Origin: a virus
Taxonomy: Duplodnaviria > Caudoviricetes
DNA: 46,028 nucleotides
IMG/VR virus record: IMGVR_UViG_3300031963_000269
Location: 1 to 46,028 of that record
Direction: 5' to 3' (one strand)
Below, piece by piece: positions 17,181 through 25,059 of the stretch; the first letter of the stretch is position 1, and each line of letters begins with the position of its first letter. The translations under genes and the position numbers were made by a program. The notes under the pieces are model-generated. The model ran no database searches and had not been told where the DNA came from. It saw only the letters and a program-made list of their open reading frames with translations.

Positions 17181-17807
17181 TCAGTGCTTGGCTGATGGCA
17201 GTGTGACGTTGAGCATCGATGCCATCTTCGCCTTGAGTTCACTCTTGAGCTTCTCTACATCTAGATCGTTCTCATCTTTGTCACCAGTCTCATTGAACAT
17301 ACCAATGGACTTGCCCATCATCTCCAATGCTCTGAGCTTGTCACTCACTCGCTCAGTGTTCTTGGCGTGTTCAAAGAGTTCCTGCATGATGAATCGCCTT
17401 GTGGCTAGTTCATCGTTGATCACCATCTCTCGTTTGGCTTGGAAGACAGGCTCAAGTAGTAAGGTAATCCTGCTGTCATTCAGCAATCGGTTCGCATTTG
17501 CCATCACTGTTGCATTGGTGCTATTCGCACAGTCATACACCTTCCGATACGCCTCTGCTGGACTGAGTCCATCTGCAATTGCAGAGGCGAACAATTTCAT
17601 CTTGGTAGTGGTCTTCTTACTCTCAACGATTTCATCTTCCATTGGTTTATGACCGAATGGCTTTCCATCTCCTCTCTGTGTTACCTCTACTTGGTGAACA
17701 GCTTGCCGTATCGCTTCGCTGTACTCTCCCTCGCCATCAATGATTGCATCTGCGAACGGTGCAGTGCTTACACCAGTATCGTTCTCATTCGTTTTGATTT
17801 GTGCCAT
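17181..17807 (-). CDS. terS: Terminase small subunit
   Basis: KLFASAIADGLSPAEAYRKVY...ANRLLNDSRI HTH and DKLRALEMMGKSIGMF motif; AAGGA RBS supports a start at 17807. Confidence 0.82.
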   Translation of the reverse strand: MAQIKTNENDTGVSTAPFADAIIDGEGEYSEAIRQAVHQVEVTQRGDGKPFGHKPMEDEIVESKKTTTKMKLFASAIADGLSPAEAYRKVYDCANSTNATVMANANRLLNDSRITLLLEPVFQAKREMVINDELATRRFIMQELFEHAKNTERVSDKLRALEMMGKSIGMFNETGDKDENDLDVEKLKSELKAKMASMLNVTLPSAKH

Positions 17808-17855
17808 GTTGTGATCCTTTTCGCTTGGTTTAAACACTCTGCATTTGCTCTCAGC

Positions 17856-17884
17856 ATTTTCTCAGCGAGACACACACAACGCAA
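17856..17884 (-). promoter_or_regulatory. Putative terS promoter
   Basis: TTGCGT-17bp-GAAAAT with TGn extension. Confidence 0.4.
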
Positions 17885-17899
17885 CTCGTTCGCATATTG

Positions 17900-17940
17900 C
17901 ACTTCGATGCACTTGGTCACACTTCAATGCACTTCGCCAC
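17900..17940. repeat. Four CACTT motifs in exact 10-bp phase
   Basis: CACTT at 17900, 17910, 17920 and 17930 (imperfect 20-bp tandem duplication). Confidence 0.7.
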
Positions 17941-18255
17941 ACACAACAACAGGGCGACAACCGCAAGTGCGGTGAACACCAGCAAGCCAACAGCAAGACC
18001 GTTTAAACATTGGCTCACTGCAAGCTCATGCTTTGCACCTTGTGTCGCCTCTCTCTTTGCTCACTGCCTATCAAGCACCTGTCCATTCGGCTTCGCCTTG
18101 TCCCTCGACCCCAATCGTTCGCATTGAAAACCGAAGTACTCAAATCACCAATGAAAACAAAGGTATACATTGACCGTTTCCAGCTGTCTCCCAAATCTGT
18201 AACTCGTTGATTCATAAGGCTTTTACAACTTACAGCAAACTTACAAAAATACCTG

Positions 18256-18283
18256 TTGCAAAGGTGTGTAAACGTGCTAGCAT
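18256..18283 (+). promoter_or_regulatory. Early sigma70-type promoter
   Basis: TTGCAA-16bp-TAGCAT with TGn extension and A-rich upstream element; heads the plus-strand early operon. Confidence 0.7.
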
Positions 18284-18659
18284 TCGTTTCGTTGTGGTGC
18301 TTGCATCACACAACAAAGACGGCTTCGATGAGTGACTCGCAAACACTCTAGCCCGAGCAGACAGCCCGTCAGGTACAGGCTCTCAACGTGTCACCCACCT
18401 ACACACACAGGGGACAGACAGAGAGCAACAGCCCTGATGACTACGACAGTCACCTACGTTGACCGTTCACGCCATGCCTACCACCTACACACTCAGGGGG
18501 CAAACAGCGAACGATCTGACCGCTCTGAGAGGAGTGGACGCAAGGCACTGTCCCCATGCACCGTCCTCGTGAATAAGGGCGGCAAGTGGATTCCACTTCA
18601 AGCACATTGTTTCAGTGTGCTTGTGGATGCAATCCGCATCAATCAACAGGAGGCTATCC

Positions 18660-18827
18660 ATGACACCATCACAAGAGCTAAACCACAGCAAAAGCGTTCT
18701 CATTGCATCGCAAAAGGCGTTCGCAAAGCACCCTAGTGCAACCAACTGGCAACGAGTTTTGTTCCACATGGAGCATTACCAAGAACTGTTCAACACGGTA
18801 TCGCTGAAAAAGGAGGCTCACGCATGA
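18660..18827 (+). CDS. Hypothetical early protein (55 aa)
   Basis: CAGGAGG RBS before ATG 18660; ATGA overlap with the next gene. Confidence 0.65.
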   Translation: MTPSQELNHSKSVLIASQKAFAKHPSATNWQRVLFHMEHYQELFNTVSLKKEAHA

Positions 18828-19048
18828 AACAACTTGTCAAGGTGTTTGGTGTGATTGCACCAAACCAAAAATACATCGTGTCTCTGTACCGTGTAGAGAC
18901 ATACAACCACCGCACCACTCCACTTGTCGTTTGGCAAGTGTGGATCAAGTCCAGCGAACACGCCTCTTGCGTTCGTGAATGCACAACCAAGCGTGAGGCT
19001 ATCGAATGGGCGTTCATCTACAACCAACCACAGAAAGAGATCGCATGA
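18824..19048 (+). CDS. Hypothetical early protein
   Basis: AGGAGG RBS, coupled overlaps at both ends. Confidence 0.7.
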   Translation: MKQLVKVFGVIAPNQKYIVSLYRVETYNHRTTPLVVWQVWIKSSEHASCVRECTTKREAIEWAFIYNQPQKEIA

Positions 19049-19182
19049 AACAGGACATTCAACTTCTCGCAGAGACGCTTGAAGAGGCGTACAAGGCTCT
19101 TCAGCAGGGCGACAAAGACATTGCGTTGGCTTGCATTGCCTACGCACAGACCATCATCAACGGCACAAACAGGGAGGTTTAA
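19045..19182 (+). CDS. Hypothetical early protein (45 aa)
   Basis: Read manually: MKQDIQLLAETLEEAYKALQQG...NREV; ATGA overlap; fills the operon gap. Confidence 0.6.
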   Translation: MKQDIQLLAETLEEAYKALQQGDKDIALACIAYAQTIINGTNREV

Positions 19183-19184
19183 AC

Positions 19185-19466
19185 ATGGAGATCAAAGTTT
19201 TTTTCGAGGTGCATAACGGCTACACCGAACAAGTTGCAGTGTTCGCATCTGAGGCGGTGTATGCCGCTTGCCTCCCTGCGCTTGAGGCGTTAGCCAATGA
19301 GCTGGGCTTTGACTCAGTGACAGAGTCGGTGACCTACGAACAGCAGAGCCTGTCTCATGCCTATGCAGAGCGGGGTCTTGAGGATCGCACCAAGCCCATT
19401 CGACAACTGCCTGAGTTTCACGGCTGGAGTGACGCTCAGATCGCCAACTACTTTGAATCACTTTAA
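19185..19466 (+). CDS. Hypothetical early protein
   Basis: GGAGG RBS, MEIKVFFEVHNG start. Confidence 0.7.
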   Translation: MEIKVFFEVHNGYTEQVAVFASEAVYAACLPALEALANELGFDSVTESVTYEQQSLSHAYAERGLEDRTKPIRQLPEFHGWSDAQIANYFESL

Positions 19467-19476
19467 GGGGAACAAC

Positions 19477-19671
19477 ATGGAAAAGAAATCAATCGAATCA
19501 TTCAAGCTGTCCATCACTTGGAGCGATGGCAAAACAGAGGGCTTGGCAAATTGCCTACCCGAATATTTGGAGGCTGAGTTGCGTATTTATTTTCAAGAGC
19601 TTGAGGACTTGCGTGAAGAGCATGACGCTGATTTGCGTGACGAGCCTTATTCATTCGCACAGGACAACTGA
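19477..19671 (+). CDS. Acidic hypothetical early protein
   Basis: AAGGGG RBS, MEKKSIESF start; its stop codon lies inside the ribozyme core. Confidence 0.65.
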   Translation: MEKKSIESFKLSITWSDGKTEGLANCLPEYLEAELRIYFQELEDLREEHDADLRDEPYSFAQDN

Positions 19672-19713
19672 TGAGGCTTGATTAGCCGAAACCTGCGAGA
19701 GCAGGTCTTGTTC
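19662..19713 (+). ncRNA. Type I hammerhead ribozyme
   Basis: Stem I GGACAA/UUGUUC, core CUGAUGA, stem II GGCU/AGCC, GAAA, stem III CCUGC-GAGA-GCAGG, cleavage triplet GUC (cut after 19707). Confidence 0.92.
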
Positions 19714-19733
19714 AACTTTATGGAGGCTTATCC

Positions 19734-19886
19734 ATGTACTACGTTCTCATGTCTCTCGCTTCAGCGGCATCGCTGTTCGCAGGTTTCTCTCTCAGTGACG
19801 GTGTGCCACTGTGGAATTTCGTTATCGCCATTGGCGGTTTTTATCTTGGTCACGTTGTGACTGAGGCTCTCAACAAGGAGGTTTAA
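19734..19886 (+). CDS. Small membrane protein (50 aa)
   Basis: Read manually: MYYVLMSLASAASLFAGFSLSDGVPLWNFVIAIGGFYLGHVVTEALNKEV; GGAGG RBS. Confidence 0.65.
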   Translation: MYYVLMSLASAASLFAGFSLSDGVPLWNFVIAIGGFYLGHVVTEALNKEV

Positions 19887-19888
19887 AC

Positions 19889-20107
19889 ATGGTCATCGAT
19901 TCAAACAGCCCATTGGCAATTCGTGGCATCAAGCGCAGTGTTCCAGCCATTGCAGTGCCACTCGCAGAGATGGTTGATTACTGGGGTTCGCCCTGCGATG
20001 AATACGAGAAAGGTTGCTCTGCCTGTACAGCGTGGAGCTTGTTCAACAAGTCAGGCAAGTTTGCTACTGACGCTGAGGTCAATTCAAAAATGAAAGAGGA
20101 GGTTTAA
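19889..20107 (+). CDS. Hypothetical protein with Cys cluster
   Basis: AAGGAGG RBS; YWGSPCDEYEKGCSACTAW. Confidence 0.7.
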   Translation: MVIDSNSPLAIRGIKRSVPAIAVPLAEMVDYWGSPCDEYEKGCSACTAWSLFNKSGKFATDAEVNSKMKEEV

Positions 20108-20109
20108 AT

Positions 20110-20700
20110 ATGACTGCTACCAACCGTGAAGAGTGGCTTGCCCACGCTGTAGAAGAGCTTCGCTCTATCTTCAATTCAAACGGCTTCCCACTGCCCGACA
20201 AGATCAGGGTCACCTGTGGATTCCCATCCAGCAAGGCTCGTTCGCAACACCGTGCCATTGGTGAGCATTGGTCACCCAAGGCATCGTCTGATGGTCACCA
20301 TGAAATCTGCATCAGCCCTGTGGTTGATGACGCTGTTGAGGCGTTCGCAATCCTCTGCCATGAGTTGTCCCATGCGGCAACAGATGGTGACGGTCACCGT
20401 GGACGTTTCCCTGCTTGCGTTCGTGCCTTGTGGCTTGAGGGCAAGGTCACTGCAACAGAGGCTGGCGACACGTTCAGAGACAACTTCGCTTCACTGATCC
20501 AGTCATTGGGCGACTACCCACACGCCAAGCTGAACATCTCTGCTGTCCGCAAGGTGCAGTCCACTCGCATGATGTTGGCTGTCTGCCCAACGTGCGGCTA
20601 CAAGATTCGACTCACCGCCAAGTGGTCATCAATCGATCTGCCTTGGTGTTCGCATGGTCACGGCACGATCACAAGTGCAAATCAATTTCAAATCGTTTAA
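20110..20700 (+). CDS. SprT-like zinc metalloprotease
   Basis: HELSH zincin motif, downstream GH..F, C-terminal CPTCGYKIR...PWC Zn ribbon. Confidence 0.8.
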   Translation: MTATNREEWLAHAVEELRSIFNSNGFPLPDKIRVTCGFPSSKARSQHRAIGEHWSPKASSDGHHEICISPVVDDAVEAFAILCHELSHAATDGDGHRGRFPACVRALWLEGKVTATEAGDTFRDNFASLIQSLGDYPHAKLNISAVRKVQSTRMMLAVCPTCGYKIRLTAKWSSIDLPWCSHGHGTITSANQFQIV

Positions 20701-20718
20701 ATCAGGAGGCTTCCTATC

Positions 20719-22227
20719 ATGTCAAAAATTTCTCAAGCTCTTTCGCTCATCTCCACAGGCAAACTCAATGCCGCCCTCGTACAAACAGGCTACGGCTCAG
20801 AGGTCAGTGCCGACAAGGTGCGTGTGGTCACCATCCTCACAGACATTGTCAACAAGGGCGGCATCACCGTGGATGAGATTCGCAACCTCGTACCACTGTC
20901 AACAGCAGTGATCAACGCCAAGCAAGCACCGTCAGCAAACACTGGTGCAATCAATGATTCGATTGGCTTGGTGAATGACGCACTCACCGAGGTTCGCAAT
21001 TCGCAGACGATAGTCTCGACAACCTACAGCCTCGCATCCAAAACGCTGGACGAGGTGCGTGACTTGCGTAGCAAGATCGTCACGCAAGCCGACAAGATTG
21101 AGCGTGACTTGGTCAAGCGCATTGACACTGAGGTTGGCAAGATCACAGGCGTGGACTACAGCAAGATTGACAACGCCATCCGCTCAGAGGTCGGCAACTT
21201 GTTCTCCTCGTTTAAACAGTCTGTCACGCCTGAGCAATTGCAGACCGTTGCCAACAGCGTGGCGGTGTTCTCAACACACAAAGCCTCTGAGATTTTCCCT
21301 GCGCCCCTGTTCTACCAACAGGACGGTGAGACGGTTAATTTTGAAGACATGGAAGTGCTGGTCTGGAATGATCCAGAGGCATTGGCGGTGCTTGATGACT
21401 ACGTCTTCAACCCTGCCAACTTGCACCAAGCACTTTGTGCGCTGAGTGAGTCGATCCCCGACAACGTCTGGCTTGCAGGTGAACGGTCAACAGGTAAGAC
21501 TGCATTCACTGAGCAGATCAGCGCACGGCTCAAGCGCAAGCTGTTCCGCATCAACTTCGATGACGGCATGGAGCGGTCGGAATTCATTGGAGCCAACATT
21601 CTCAAGAATGGCGATGTCGAATGGAAAGCAGGGATCATTGCTCAAGCTATCCAGCACACTGGTTCGCTCATTCTGTTGGACGAGATCGGCTTTGCTCGTC
21701 CTGCACAACTCGCATCACTCCATGCACTTTGCGAACGCTCTGCCAATCGTGCGATTGTGATTGCAGAGACAGGCACTCGCATCCCTGTTGCATCACACGT
21801 TGCATTCTTCTGCGCAGACAACAGCAACGGTCATGGCGATGCGTCTGGCAACTTCGCTGGTGTTCGTGATCAGAACACTGCATTCATTGATCGGTTCAGC
21901 TACACGCTGGAATTCAACTACCTGCCACACGCTGATGAAGTCACACTCATTCACAAGCGCACTGGTTTGAATGCTGATGCCGCCAATGTTCTTGTGACCT
22001 TTGCGAATGTGGCTCGAGAGAAAGCAAGGGCTGGTGTTCTCACTCAGCCTCCATCTCTGCGCCAGATGCTTGCATGGGCAAGAGCAGTGACCAAGGGCGT
22101 ACCCACGGTGACAGCGTTCCGCTCTGCCATCGTCAACAAGTTTCCTGCCGATTGCGAACCTGAGTTGGTAGGCATCTTCACCGCCACGGTCAACACCGTG
22201 GAATTCAAATCCTTTTTGAACAAGTAA
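20719..22227 (+). CDS. MoxR/CobS-like AAA+ ATPase
   Basis: Walker A GERSTGKT, Walker B ILLDE, AFIDRF arginine finger, SLRQMLAW sensor II; N-terminal coiled coil. Confidence 0.88.
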   Translation: MSKISQALSLISTGKLNAALVQTGYGSEVSADKVRVVTILTDIVNKGGITVDEIRNLVPLSTAVINAKQAPSANTGAINDSIGLVNDALTEVRNSQTIVSTTYSLASKTLDEVRDLRSKIVTQADKIERDLVKRIDTEVGKITGVDYSKIDNAIRSEVGNLFSSFKQSVTPEQLQTVANSVAVFSTHKASEIFPAPLFYQQDGETVNFEDMEVLVWNDPEALAVLDDYVFNPANLHQALCALSESIPDNVWLAGERSTGKTAFTEQISARLKRKLFRINFDDGMERSEFIGANILKNGDVEWKAGIIAQAIQHTGSLILLDEIGFARPAQLASLHALCERSANRAIVIAETGTRIPVASHVAFFCADNSNGHGDASGNFAGVRDQNTAFIDRFSYTLEFNYLPHADEVTLIHKRTGLNADAANVLVTFANVAREKARAGVLTQPPSLRQMLAWARAVTKGVPTVTAFRSAIVNKFPADCEPELVGIFTATVNTVEFKSFLNK

Positions 22228-22237
22228 GGGGGGCATC

Positions 22238-23353
22238 ATGTACTTAGGCACACAAGTGAAACGAGGCGTTGCAACAACGCTTGAGCGAGTCTTCCAAGCA
22301 AGCGGTCAGAGCATCGACAAGCTTGAGATTCTTTGGTCTGGCAAAACAGCAGGGATCATCTTCAAACGCTCCAGTGCAAAGACATTGGCTAGTGTGCAGT
22401 TGATCTTCCCATCGATTGATGACATGGCAAACATCTCACGCAAGGTGTTCAACAACACGCTTGGCTATGCCTTGCATGAGCTGGGTCATGCATGGTTCAC
22501 CAACAACGCACCGTGGGACGAGGCTCGTACCCAGCACGGCTCTTATGTAAGCTCATTGATCAACGGTCTTGAAGACCCACGCATTGAGCAGTGTGTCATC
22601 GACTCAGGCTACGCACCGAATGCCAAGGCGTTGTTTGAAGAGCTAACCAACTCAGTGTTGGACGATAGCGGCTATGTCAAGCCTGATGACTTGAAGAATG
22701 TGCCGTTCATGTTGGCGATTGAGGGAAGGCGTTTAAACGGCTACCCAATCAAACACGCCACGGTGTTGGGTGCGTCCCCTTGGTCTGCTGATATTGAGTG
22801 GGCTTTGAAGTCTGCACAAAAAGCAAAGAACACGCAGACCATCGCTGACATTGCCATCGAATTGTTCAAGCGTTTACAGCAAGCGCATGAGAAACAAAAG
22901 CAACAGCCCAAGCAACCGCCACAAGGTGATGGCGGTCAGCAGGGTGATGACGGTCAGCAAGGTGACCAAGCTGGTGACCAGCAGGGTGATCAGCAGGGTG
23001 ATCAGCAGGGTGATCAGCAGGGTGATCAGGCTGGTGACCAAGGCGGTCAGCAAGGCGATAAAGCTGACGGTGAGGGCAAAGGGTCAGGCGGCAAAGATGA
23101 TGGTGCTGGTGACGGTTCTGGTGAGCCTGAGCAGGGGTCTGGCGATGGTCAGCAGGGCGAGTCGCAAGGTGAGCCAAACAATCAGGGCGGTAGTGGCTAC
23201 AGCAATGACCCATTCAATGACCTCAAGCGCAAGCGTCCTGAGTTTGACAAATTCATTCAGAATGGATTGCGTCCACACACTGCACTTGCAGACAAGATCA
23301 AGGTTCGCCCTGCAATCCTCAAGCCTAAGATCAACGAAATACTTTTCTTCTAA
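22238..23353 (+). CDS. CobT N-terminal-like metallopeptidase with a low-complexity Gln/Gly/Asp tract
   Basis: HELGH...NGLEDPRIE motif; follows the AAA+ gene. Confidence 0.75.
   Translation: MYLGTQVKRGVATTLERVFQASGQSIDKLEILWSGKTAGIIFKRSSAKTLASVQLIFPSIDDMANISRKVFNNTLGYALHELGHAWFTNNAPWDEARTQHGSYVSSLINGLEDPRIEQCVIDSGYAPNAKALFEELTNSVLDDSGYVKPDDLKNVPFMLAIEGRRLNGYPIKHATVLGASPWSADIEWALKSAQKAKNTQTIADIAIELFKRLQQAHEKQKQQPKQPPQGDGGQQGDDGQQGDQAGDQQGDQQGDQQGDQQGDQAGDQGGQQGDKADGEGKGSGGKDDGAGDGSGEPEQGSGDGQQGESQGEPNNQGGSGYSNDPFNDLKRKRPEFDKFIQNGLRPHTALADKIKVRPAILKPKINEILFF
22979..23026 (+). repeat. Tandem repeat (CAGCAGGGTGAT)x4 encoding QQGD
   Basis: Four perfect 12-bp units with degenerate flanking units at about 22930-23060. 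Confidence 0.9.
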
Positions 23354-23362
23354 GGATCAATC

Positions 23363-24166
23363 ATGCGTATCGACAAAGACACCGCAGACAACATTTACAA
23401 ACACAACTACACACTCACGCCTTCAGGTATGGGTGCAACACGAGCCAACTTGCTACGCATCTTGCGCTCCAACGATCTGGTGAGTTGGTCAAGCCATGAA
23501 GAGTCGGGGCGTGTTGATCGCAAAGCGTTTACACGCTATGCGTGTGGTGATGCCAACATCTTCAGCAAGCGTGAGGTGCGTGAGGCAGAGCGGTCAGCGG
23601 TCAGCATAATGATCGACTGCTCTGGCTCAATGAACTACCACGGTGAGATCGCTGTTGCTTGTCAGGTTGCAATTCAGCTATGCAAGATTCTGGACAAAGC
23701 CAACTCTGAGTTTAGTGTCACGGGTTTCTATGGCAACGACACAACTGTCGAGAGCGATAAGGCTGGAGCATCAAGAGAGATACTGGTGAGAGCCGAACGC
23801 CCTGTGTTCATCCCATTCAAAAAATGGGGCGAGTCACTGGGCAAGGCATCATCCAAGCTTGGCGCAATATCTCAGTGCGCTCAAGGTTCAACGCCAGACT
23901 ATTCATCGATTGCTCTGGCGATTGAAGACTTGGCGACACGCAAAGAACAGCGCAAGGTTTTGTTCTTGCTCACTGATGCGAATGGATACCATGCTGAACA
24001 CATGAAGTACTTGCAACAGCTTGCCGACAAACAACGCATCACACTGATTGCGATTGGCATTGGCAACACCAAGGTTGATCAGTGTTTCACCCACGCTGAG
24101 AATGTTCGCAACATCCAAGACTTGACCAGCGCATCGCTGAACAAGGTTTTGAAAGTCTTGAAGTAA
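23363..24166 (+). CDS. VWA-domain protein (CobT C-terminal-like)
   Basis: ESGRVD, MIDAS DCSGS, GSTP and LLTD motifs. Confidence 0.85.
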   Translation: MRIDKDTADNIYKHNYTLTPSGMGATRANLLRILRSNDLVSWSSHEESGRVDRKAFTRYACGDANIFSKREVREAERSAVSIMIDCSGSMNYHGEIAVACQVAIQLCKILDKANSEFSVTGFYGNDTTVESDKAGASREILVRAERPVFIPFKKWGESLGKASSKLGAISQCAQGSTPDYSSIALAIEDLATRKEQRKVLFLLTDANGYHAEHMKYLQQLADKQRITLIAIGIGNTKVDQCFTHAENVRNIQDLTSASLNKVLKVLK

Positions 24167-24207
24167 ACCAAGGGGGCTTGTCCCCCATCTTTTAAAAGGA
24201 AAGCATC

Positions 24208-24453
24208 ATGGAAGAACTCACAGCAGAAGAAATTGAAAAGCAATTCGACTCTTACATGGAACTCAGAGACAAAGTCTTGGATGTTCTTGAGGGTCACAAC
24301 ATAAGGATCATCTTGCCCATGCTCACAGCCCTGCTTGCGGAGACTGCATTTGAAACAGGCGTAGAACTTAAAGAAGTTTTAAGACTTGTTGTTGCCGCTA
24401 TCACCGTGAAGTACGCAAGCGAGATGCCCAATGAAGATGAACCCATTCACTAA
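24208..24453 (+). CDS. Hypothetical protein
   Basis: AGGA RBS; resembles the next ORF (YMELRDKV..ILPML vs YVDLRDEM..VMPIL). Confidence 0.7.
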   Translation: MEELTAEEIEKQFDSYMELRDKVLDVLEGHNIRIILPMLTALLAETAFETGVELKEVLRLVVAAITVKYASEMPNEDEPIH

Positions 24454-24462
24454 GGAGACAAC

Positions 24463-24747
24463 ATGAAAGAAAGAGTAGGAATCATTTATAAATTGGACGA
24501 TGACCAAGTCATTGACAGGGAAGAGTATGTCGATCTTAGAGATGAGATGATTGCCGCTGTTGATGGGAAAGACAGTGGGATGGTCATGCCAATACTCATA
24601 TCCTTGGTAGCCGAAATGGCAATGCTCAACAACCTAAGCCTTGAAGAAATTGTTGGTGCTTCTTTTCAAATAATGAAAAGCGAATATGAGCTTCATAGTG
24701 AACTCATAAAAGAATTTATTGAAGAAAACAAAAGGGGGTTAATGTGA
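24463..24747 (+). CDS. Hypothetical protein, probable paralog of the preceding gene
   Basis: AAGGAG RBS; shared motif with 24208..24453. Confidence 0.7.
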   Translation: MKERVGIIYKLDDDQVIDREEYVDLRDEMIAAVDGKDSGMVMPILISLVAEMAMLNNLSLEEIVGASFQIMKSEYELHSELIKEFIEENKRGLM

Positions 24748-24965
24748 TTTGGAACTATAGGGTCATTGACCTAAGAGAAGAGAATGGCGGTGAGCCTTGC
24801 TACAAAATCTGCGAGGTGTACTACAACGATGACGAGAAGCCTGATGGGTATGCGGATGCCACGGTGATGGGCGACAACCTTGCAGAGGTTCGACAAGAAC
24901 TCAAGCGCATGACAGCGGCAACCAATAAACCAGTGCTGACCCTCAAGGGCGGCAAACTTTTCTGA
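24744..24965 (+). CDS. Conserved hypothetical phage protein
   Basis: WNYRVI...ICEVYYND...A..KPVL motif; GTGA overlap. Confidence 0.72.
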   Translation: MIWNYRVIDLREENGGEPCYKICEVYYNDDEKPDGYADATVMGDNLAEVRQELKRMTAATNKPVLTLKGGKLF

Positions 24966-24970
24966 CCAGT

Positions 24971-25008
24971 TCCCCCCTTAGCTTCACGGCTTCGGGGGGA
25001 TTTTTTTT
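24971..25008 (+). terminator. Intrinsic terminator of the early operon
   Basis: TCCCCCC...GGGGGGA stem followed by T8. Confidence 0.85.
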
Positions 25009-25059
25009 GCCCTGTAAATCCTGACTTTCCCCGCTCAGGTGCTAGAGCGTTTAAACAGC

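Noticed and set aside
18434-18470. CTGATGA as a second hammerhead core
   Set aside because: No GAAA after a stem II and no stem III or cleavage triplet
22930-23060. 12-bp tandem repeats as a possible CRISPR array
   Set aside because: Units are contiguous with no unique spacers, lie in frame in a CDS (QQGD linker), and no cas operon is present
20719-24166. Cobalamin biosynthesis (cobS/cobT) auxiliary metabolic genes
   Set aside because: No cobN or other cob genes; MoxR-type AAA+/VWA pairs are common in phage early regions
24172-24193. GGGGG-CTTGT-CCCCC hairpin as a terminator
   Set aside because: Short stem and interrupted U tract; at most a weak attenuator
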